Positions 57,919-64,000 of a DNA stretch of 64,000 bases are shown here, piece by piece. The DNA lies in IMG/VR virus record IMGVR_UViG_2905373006_000003, positions 16,719 to 80,718 of that record, one strand, 5' to 3'. Numbering within the stretch: the first letter of the stretch is position 1; the number at the start of each line of letters is the position of its first letter. Both the position numbers and the translations under genes were made by a program. The notes below the pieces were generated by a model, which was given only the letters and a program-made list of their open reading frames with translations, ran no database searches and was not told where the DNA came from. Source of the stretch: a virus. Taxonomy: Duplodnaviria > Caudoviricetes.

Positions 57919-59094
57919 ATGGCCAGTAGACCGAGAAGAAAGGAATTTAGGCATCTACCTGACTTTCTTTATTTTGATAAATCAGTTAAACAATATCGCC
58001 TTACATTAACTAATGGTTTAAGAAAATGCATTGGTGCAGATAAAGCAAAAGCTATCGCAATAGCCAGAGAATACAACAATATTATGCGACCAGAAAAATG
58101 CGTTTCTGTTAACTCATTAATTATTGACTCGGGAGGGCAATATGGAGAGGCACTCCCTCTCTCAGAACATTTAGATAAGTTATTTTTACGGATCACTAAT
58201 GATGAGAAACCATCAGACAGTACACTTAGTAACTGGGTTAATGACTTAGAGAGAATTAAGATCTTTTTTAAAGATATCCCCGCAAATGAAATCTCACTGG
58301 AACATGTAAATGGCTATATTAATGAATATCATGCCGATGCTTCTGCTAATGTACAAAATCGTAAGGTAAGCTTTCTAAAGAAAATTTTTAGTTACGCAAT
58401 GGATGAATCTCTTATGTTTGATAACCCAGCTGAACGTAAGAAAATGAAAAGAGTCGATGGGAAAAAACGTAGAAGATTATCTTATGATGATTTTCTTAAA
58501 ATTAGAGCATCCGCAGAACCTTGGTTAAGAACAGCAATGGATCTGGCGTTACAGACGACACAAGCAAGGCTTGAAGTATCACGCATAAAATACAATATCA
58601 AAGCCCCCAAAGAAGGCATCTGTGGGTGTTTATGGTATGAAGAACCCTTAAATGGAATATACGGAATGATTTATATTCACAGGCAAAAAGTGCAACATAA
58701 AGAGGCATCTCATATTGCGATCCCCATAGGTAAAGCGCTTAAGGATATTATCGATAATAGCCGTGACAATGTGGCAAGCCCTTATATTGTGCATAGACTA
58801 CCTGCTCGTATCCCAAATAAGGTGAGTAAAGAAGTGAATCATCCAACACAAGTTGCACCAGATTACCTTAGCCGTGCATTTTCAGCGTTGCGTGATCGAG
58901 TGGGCGTTGCCAGTCATTTGCCATTAGATGAAAGACCTACCTTTCATGAAATAAGAGCGTTGGCGGCCTTTATGTTTAAACAACGTGGTTTTGATCCACA
59001 AGCACGAATGGCTCACAGTGATGCAGAATCGACAAAAATTTATACTGAAAACCATGTACAATGGGTTGAAGTGCCACATTGTGAAATAGCATAA
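57919..59094 (+). CDS. int: Tyrosine integrase
   Basis: MASRPR arm-binding N-terminus, R...PTFHEIRAL...MAHS...TKIY. Confidence 0.93.
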   Translation: MASRPRRKEFRHLPDFLYFDKSVKQYRLTLTNGLRKCIGADKAKAIAIAREYNNIMRPEKCVSVNSLIIDSGGQYGEALPLSEHLDKLFLRITNDEKPSDSTLSNWVNDLERIKIFFKDIPANEISLEHVNGYINEYHADASANVQNRKVSFLKKIFSYAMDESLMFDNPAERKKMKRVDGKKRRRLSYDDFLKIRASAEPWLRTAMDLALQTTQARLEVSRIKYNIKAPKEGICGCLWYEEPLNGIYGMIYIHRQKVQHKEASHIAIPIGKALKDIIDNSRDNVASPYIVHRLPARIPNKVSKEVNHPTQVAPDYLSRAFSALRDRVGVASHLPLDERPTFHEIRALAAFMFKQRGFDPQARMAHSDAESTKIYTENHVQWVEVPHCEIA

Positions 59095-59331
59095 TGTTGT
59101 ATTGGCTCAGATATAGCCTGATACAACTGAACCAATTCTAACTTTACCCGCAGTTTATCAAAAACAAACATTGTGTGGCTCACTGTCGCTAGGCACGACT
59201 AAGCTATCCTCAGTACAATACTAGTTTGATTTTTATCGTGGGTTTTATGAATATATTTCCACATCAAATGGCCATGTAGTAATATATGGCCATTTAGATA
59301 AATAGAGAGAGAAAATACTCGCCATCAGTTT

Positions 59332-60918
59332 TTATTTTTTAAATGTTTTTCCAACATTTAATGATTTTGCTAAACCATAAAATATCTGATATTTCACCCC
59401 TGTTTTTACTTTTGGTGAAATATTTGCATAACTTCTTTCTCTAAAACACCAACGAATAAATTTGTTATTATCTTCTGTTGTTTCTATATAGCATATTACA
59501 TTGAGATCAAAAAGAAATTGAAGAAAGTCGTTAGCCGTCGTCATAAATTTTGGCTTTATCGTCGAAGTAGAACTAATATGAGCTTCAAGTTCTCCATATG
59601 CTAAGAGATATTCGGAGTAATCGAAAGTATCTTTACCTGAGAGAAATCCAAAGAACTTTAAAAACATCTCATAATCATCATTACCATAATAAAAAGACAA
59701 ATGGTCTTTTATTTCTCCAAGTAAATAGTTAGAGTAATCTCTTTGTACTCTAGGATTTTCAAAGTCACTTAGAGTAAAATTATTTTTTCTACTATTACCG
59801 TTACTGTGTGATTTTAGAATTTCAAGCATTCGTAATATATCTCTTGGACGGTAATAAGACCAACGAAGGAAATTAATAAATGATGTGGGATGGTTATAGC
59901 TATTATGAACATTTGGTGAATCCCAAGGGAAATAATGATCCCAAGATAGCCCCTTTTCACATTCTATTTCTTGCTGAGTTCCAAGCATGTGGTCAACCAC
60001 CTCAAATAATTGAGAGTTACGGTGGTTAGTATATTCAGTTCTCCAGTCGAGAAAAACTGAATTATCTCGGATTTTTGCATTTTGATTTTGTAATCCTATA
60101 GACTCAAAAATATCTGGTCTGATTAAGAGAACAGCCTTCATTCGACCTTTTCCGCCCTTTATATTTGGGAAAAAATCATTATTAATTTCCCAGACGGCGT
60201 GAGCTAAGCCTTTGATACATTCTAGATAATCATCATACTGAATTGATGATGGGCGAATATCAATACCATCGATAAATAAGATATGGTTTTGGGATAAACG
60301 AATTTGGTTAAAAGCTTCTTCAAATTTTTTTTGTATGTAAAATAAATTTATTTGAAATCTACTTTCAGAAAAAGACAAAGATTCTTTTTCTTCACCTCTT
60401 AAAGCTGCATGCTTATGAAGTAATTCAGCTGCAATTTTTGATTCTTGAACAAAACTGAGAGCTTGAATTATTTCTGGTGAGAATGCTTTAAGATAATATT
60501 CATCTATTGCATTAGTAAGTGCTGAGAATTTTGTATAGTTTAGTAACTTGGAAATCGCCCCTTCTTTATCTAATACTTGTTTCGATATTAATAAATATAG
60601 TATAACCTTCCATATCCCTGAAAAATCAGACAAACTCAAGTGTTTTTCTGTTTTGAGAGTGATAAACTTTTGGTATTCTGTCTCTCTTATATATTTAGTA
60701 GTAGCTAAAGTATTATTAATATTATTATTTGAAAGATAGATAGAATATGCAGTTTTACCAGTACCTTTATCTCCAACAAGGAACGAAATATTCGGTTCAC
60801 ATAATTTTGACAAATGACTATCACGTATAAATACTTTATTAAGTAATTCTTTATTTTCTCTTCTCTTATAATTCTCAGCATCAGCATAACCAAGAATTAG
60901 ATCTTTGATTGGTTTCAT
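59332..60918 (-). CDS. P-loop NTPase (Sll1717/FunZ-like), candidate defence moron
   Basis: LGYADAE, GDKGTGKT Walker A, LFIDGID Walker B, RPRD; very AT-rich; between int and att. Confidence 0.8.
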   Translation of the reverse strand: MKPIKDLILGYADAENYKRRENKELLNKVFIRDSHLSKLCEPNISFLVGDKGTGKTAYSIYLSNNNINNTLATTKYIRETEYQKFITLKTEKHLSLSDFSGIWKVILYLLISKQVLDKEGAISKLLNYTKFSALTNAIDEYYLKAFSPEIIQALSFVQESKIAAELLHKHAALRGEEKESLSFSESRFQINLFYIQKKFEEAFNQIRLSQNHILFIDGIDIRPSSIQYDDYLECIKGLAHAVWEINNDFFPNIKGGKGRMKAVLLIRPDIFESIGLQNQNAKIRDNSVFLDWRTEYTNHRNSQLFEVVDHMLGTQQEIECEKGLSWDHYFPWDSPNVHNSYNHPTSFINFLRWSYYRPRDILRMLEILKSHSNGNSRKNNFTLSDFENPRVQRDYSNYLLGEIKDHLSFYYGNDDYEMFLKFFGFLSGKDTFDYSEYLLAYGELEAHISSTSTIKPKFMTTANDFLQFLFDLNVICYIETTEDNNKFIRWCFRERSYANISPKVKTGVKYQIFYGLAKSLNVGKTFKK

Positions 60919-61306
60919 TATTACCTCTATTAAAGTATATAGAAAGATATAGCTATAATGTTAATACTACTTCATGAATATCATTAATAATCTTAACATA
61001 AAAAATGAGAAGCAAACATTCATATATGAAATGAATTACCCCTAGCTTCAATAGCTACTTTTCAAATTAGTCCGTCATTATCAACTTCACCTCTTCGCTC
61101 AAGCCAGACTATCTGTATTAGTTATACTCTTCCTACAAAACCTGTTAGCTCAAACCTGAGCTAACAGGAATAAACATAGTGGTAAAACTCCCCTTAACTC
61201 ATTGATTCTTATAATGCATATTTTGTATATTTGGCACTGTATGTAATCACATGTAAATGCATTATTTATATTTATAATCAAAGTGTTAGGAAAATTAAAA
61301 TCGGTT

Positions 61307-61353
61307 TCATGGGGTGTCAGGGGTCGTAGGTTCAAATCCTATCATGCCGACCA
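61307..61353 (+). repeat. att core: 3' part of tRNA-Pro(GGG)
   Basis: TCATGGGGTGTCAGGGGTCGTAGGTTCAAATCCTATCATGCCGACCA = anticodon loop, T arm, CCA; 5' half replaced by phage DNA. Confidence 0.88.
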
Positions 61354-61365
61354 TTTTTATTTAAG

Positions 61366-61394
61366 AAAACCAACCACTTACGGTTGGTTTTTTT
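61366..61394 (+). terminator. Terminator after tRNA 3' fragment
   Basis: AAAACCAACC/GGTTGGTTTT stem plus T tract. Confidence 0.85.
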
Positions 61395-61410
61395 ATGTCT
61401 GGAATTTGCT

Positions 61411-61432
61411 TGGTGTAAAACTGGTGTAAAAC
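61411..61432. repeat. Tandem TGGTGTAAAAC x2, putative integrase arm-type sites
   Basis: Perfect 11-bp direct repeat ~60 bp from att core. Confidence 0.55.
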
Positions 61433-61520
61433 CCACATCAGATTTACCTTGTTTAAGTTCCAATTTTCGCCCTATTCTTATGCTATAATTACTCTCCAAT
61501 TCATTAATAGAGCTTATCAA

Positions 61521-61754
61521 ATGAAAAATCTTGCTGAACTAACTCAAGAAGAAAAAGACAAGATTAATGTCGATTTAGCCGCTTCAGGTGTCGCATATAA
61601 AGAGCGACTCAATATGCCAGTTGTTGCGTCCGAAGTTGAACGGCAACAGCCAGCACATTTGCGCGAGTATTTTAATGAACGATTAGCGTTTTATCGTGAG
61701 AGAAGTAAGAAGTTACCGGATGGAAAATCGGTGCAGTATTTGAAGACAGAATAA
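61521..61754 (+). CDS. holE: DNA polymerase III theta subunit homologue (HolE/Hot)
   Basis: [29 protein letters not shown]....VERQQP.HLR.YF.ERL. Confidence 0.92.
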   Translation: MKNLAELTQEEKDKINVDLAASGVAYKERLNMPVVASEVERQQPAHLREYFNERLAFYRERSKKLPDGKSVQYLKTE

Positions 61755-61758
61755 TTAA

Positions 61759-62307
61759 TTATAGCAATGCATCATTTTCACCCAGCCCAAATTGAGACTT
61801 CATCTCCTCTTCTTTTTGTCTGCATTCTTCTTCCGCTTTCTGCGCTTCCTCCATCTCACGCATTCTCACGTTATAGATGGATTGCTCAGGCATCTGTACA
61901 CGAACGGAAATAAAACGACCATCAGGGATATCTATTGGGTCGCCGTCTTTGTAACCATCAATATCATTACGGGCGAATTTAGGTGCGTTAGGGTGAGTTC
62001 GATGATACGTTCTCACGAGGATAGAACCGTCCTCCATAACTTCAGAGTCTACCCATATCAACGGCTGTTTATTAACATCAAGTGGAATTTCAATACCACC
62101 ATCGACACCGCCCCAACCTGCATCTGAGTTAAAGCCTAAAACACCTTCGATGAAATATTCACCTTGAGCTACTCGAGTAACCGTAGCACCTTCTGATTCG
62201 TCGTTAGTGATGAATGAACCATCAGAATTGATATTAATTATTGGGGAGGCTTTCTTAATAAACCCTTGCGGAGCTATTGTGAATGAGTACCCGCCACTCA
62301 TCCGCAA
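61759..62307 (-). pseudogene. Tail-fibre C-terminal fragment
   Basis: GFIKKASPI...GIEIPLD.NKQPLIWVD...DPIDIP.GRFISVRVQMP; no N-terminal part. Confidence 0.7.
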
Positions 62308-62342
62308 GTAACGGGTATCGTTTTATTTCATCCCTTAAAAAA

Positions 62343-62678
62343 TTAAGGCATTCTTAACGTGACAATGAATGCTGTATATCCGGCTGCAGCATCTTCCTGA
62401 ATATTTTCAATGGCCAACTGATTATTTTCTGATATTTTGTTCTCATTAAATAATTTAGTTTTGCCTGACCAAGATGCACTTCCATCTGGACGGAATCCAG
62501 GATTCAGCCAGTGACCACCATCGATACCTGAAATCCACAGATTACGCTTTGTTGCCTCCTGACACACTTCAATTGCAGCTTTTGGTGATAAGTACATGCA
62601 GGCGTTGCCTTTTAATTTAAAGAATTCTTCACCATTGTTATATAATACGTTGTAATCAAATAATTTTTTTTCCATCAT
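62343..62678 (-). CDS. Colicin E5-type immunity protein
   Basis: LSPKAAIEVC.EA....LWI.GIDGGHWLNPGFR closely recalls ImmE5. Confidence 0.9.
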   Translation of the reverse strand: MMEKKLFDYNVLYNNGEEFFKLKGNACMYLSPKAAIEVCQEATKRNLWISGIDGGHWLNPGFRPDGSASWSGKTKLFNENKISENNQLAIENIQEDAAAGYTAFIVTLRMP

Positions 62679-64000
62679 TGTTTCTCCCATTGAATTCGTG
62701 AGTCATCAATCCATCTAGGATCATTTTTATTACTAATCTGTGCTACTTCTCCGGTGCGATCATTCACCACCACATATTTTCCTGGCTCACCATACACTGT
62801 GGCTGGATCATTACGACCTAAACCATCATCCGTATTTTTAGGTCTACGCTGATCAACAGATTTTCCTTTAGCACCTTTAGCAATAACATCTTGGATATCT
62901 TTTTCACTCCAACCACGTCCTCCCATCTGGTCTTGAATTTTTCCTTCAATTTTAATTTCCGAAGAATTGTCTTTTTTCCCTGTCGACAAATAGATCGGTT
63001 TTATCCCTAATTCCCACGGAAAAATCAAAATCACGGGCTCTCGCAATATCGACTGTCTTTTTTCATTTTCGCTGAAAAAAGTAGGTGCTTCTAACGGCAA
63101 TTCATTAAATCTTGAAATATCATACACCTTACCAGGTAGATACCTATGCCTTTTCGGTTGAGGTGGGGCGATACCTTTTAAAATCGTCGCATTGCCTATT
63201 TGAACCTTTCTTTCTTGTTTTTCATTTGGTAACGTATAGGCAAAAACACCTTTCTCGGCCGTTTTTCTCGCTTCTACCACGCGTGTTTTAACTGGGGTCT
63301 CCGTTTTCACTAGTTCAATTTGCTTTGCTCCGTTCACCCCCTTTTCAACAATAACGGCAGACGTATTTATCATGCCTTTTTGTTTCGCTATTTCTCTTAA
63401 CTGAGTTTCTTTCGGAATATTTAATACCCTACCTTCCCTCGTTAATGCGGTTTCTCTATTTTTAGGGTATTCATCATAAATCATGGCTGGGTAGCGATCA
63501 CTGCCTTCACCCACCGGAGGTGAGTACAACATCAGCCCTGCCCCTAAACCCAGTGCCCGACCTAAAATCGCTCCTAACGTTTCTATTGCTGTTGTTGTAC
63601 TAGCAGTGGTTAACGTAGGCGTAAAAACAGCAACAGGCGCGAGTGTCGCTTTATTAAGCGTTTTTCCTGGAATAAGCGTCGATTGTGCGGAGGTGATAGC
63701 CAAATTTAACTCTGAGGGGATTGGTTTATTGATATAATTACCCTGAGTGAAATGTGTAATCGAATCAAAAGTATCAATCGCTTTCTTTAATGCAAATCTC
63801 TGCATGCCAATAAATTGAGCATAACGTTGCATAAAGATTTTATGCGCTTTAGCGTACTCCCCTGAATGATAGAGATCCATCATCTCTTTGCAATGCTTAT
63901 CTTTAGTCAAAAATTGGCAGTCCATTTTGCCACAGACAGGACAAATATTTCTTTTCATCAAATCCAATGACTTGATAATGGGTAGCCTTTTTTCATCCAT
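62675..64000 (-). CDS. Bacteriocin-like toxin with S-type pyocin region and colicin E5 tRNase C-domain (start may lie outside window)
   Basis: KI..QM..RGW...GRNDPATVYG.PGKYVVVNDRTGEV.QIS.K.DP.W.DDSRIQW. Confidence 0.88.
   Translation of the reverse strand: MDEKRLPIIKSLDLMKRNICPVCGKMDCQFLTKDKHCKEMMDLYHSGEYAKAHKIFMQRYAQFIGMQRFALKKAIDTFDSITHFTQGNYINKPIPSELNLAITSAQSTLIPGKTLNKATLAPVAVFTPTLTTASTTTAIETLGAILGRALGLGAGLMLYSPPVGEGSDRYPAMIYDEYPKNRETALTREGRVLNIPKETQLREIAKQKGMINTSAVIVEKGVNGAKQIELVKTETPVKTRVVEARKTAEKGVFAYTLPNEKQERKVQIGNATILKGIAPPQPKRHRYLPGKVYDISRFNELPLEAPTFFSENEKRQSILREPVILIFPWELGIKPIYLSTGKKDNSSEIKIEGKIQDQMGGRGWSEKDIQDVIAKGAKGKSVDQRRPKNTDDGLGRNDPATVYGEPGKYVVVNDRTGEVAQISNKNDPRWIDDSRIQWEKQ

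Larger units (their letters stand above)
1..61353. mobile_element. Lambdoid prophage (left part beyond window), integrated at tRNA-Pro, interrupted by a Mu-like prophage
   Basis: Ordered modules int-xis-recombination-cI/cro/cII-O/DnaB-nin-Q-like-lysis-terS/terL-portal-head; right boundary at the tRNA-Pro 3' fragment. Confidence 0.93.

Noticed and set aside
61237-61252. LexA box CTGTATGTAATCACAT
   Set aside because: Right half lacks the conserved CAG; more likely part of the att arm region
61277-61353. Intact tRNA-Pro gene
   Set aside because: 5' acceptor strand and D arm are missing; only the 3' 47 nt match

Overview
The window holds most of an AT-rich lambdoid (Rac/Gifsy-like) prophage, probably from a Proteus-like Morganellaceae host (inferred from composition and gene style). 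Its right end is a duplicated 3' fragment of tRNA-Pro(GGG) at 61307-61353. A complete, visibly GC-richer, 35,413-bp B3/BcepMu-type transposable prophage (5429-40841; TG...CA ends, 6-bp ACTAAA target duplication) has inserted into its small-terminase gene and split it. Right of the att site lies an older remnant with holE/hot, a tail-fibre fragment and a colicin-E5-type tRNase toxin plus immunity gene. The most unusual signals are non-coding and lie in the lambdoid prophage. (1) A predicted ~115-nt minus-strand sRNA (53655-53770) has its own promoter and a cUUCGg terminator. It carries CAUUGGUCUUGCCUCU, exactly or nearly complementary to the SD+AUG region of six lytic genes, plus UUUGGUCG loops matching CGACCA-loop hairpins in target leaders. 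(2) The CI-repressed pL leader RNA is complementary to a self-locked leader upstream of the DUF1367-Ref-Q-like operon, suggesting a toehold-like translational switch that may substitute for N. Both are sequence-based predictions; no database searches or folding programs could be run.
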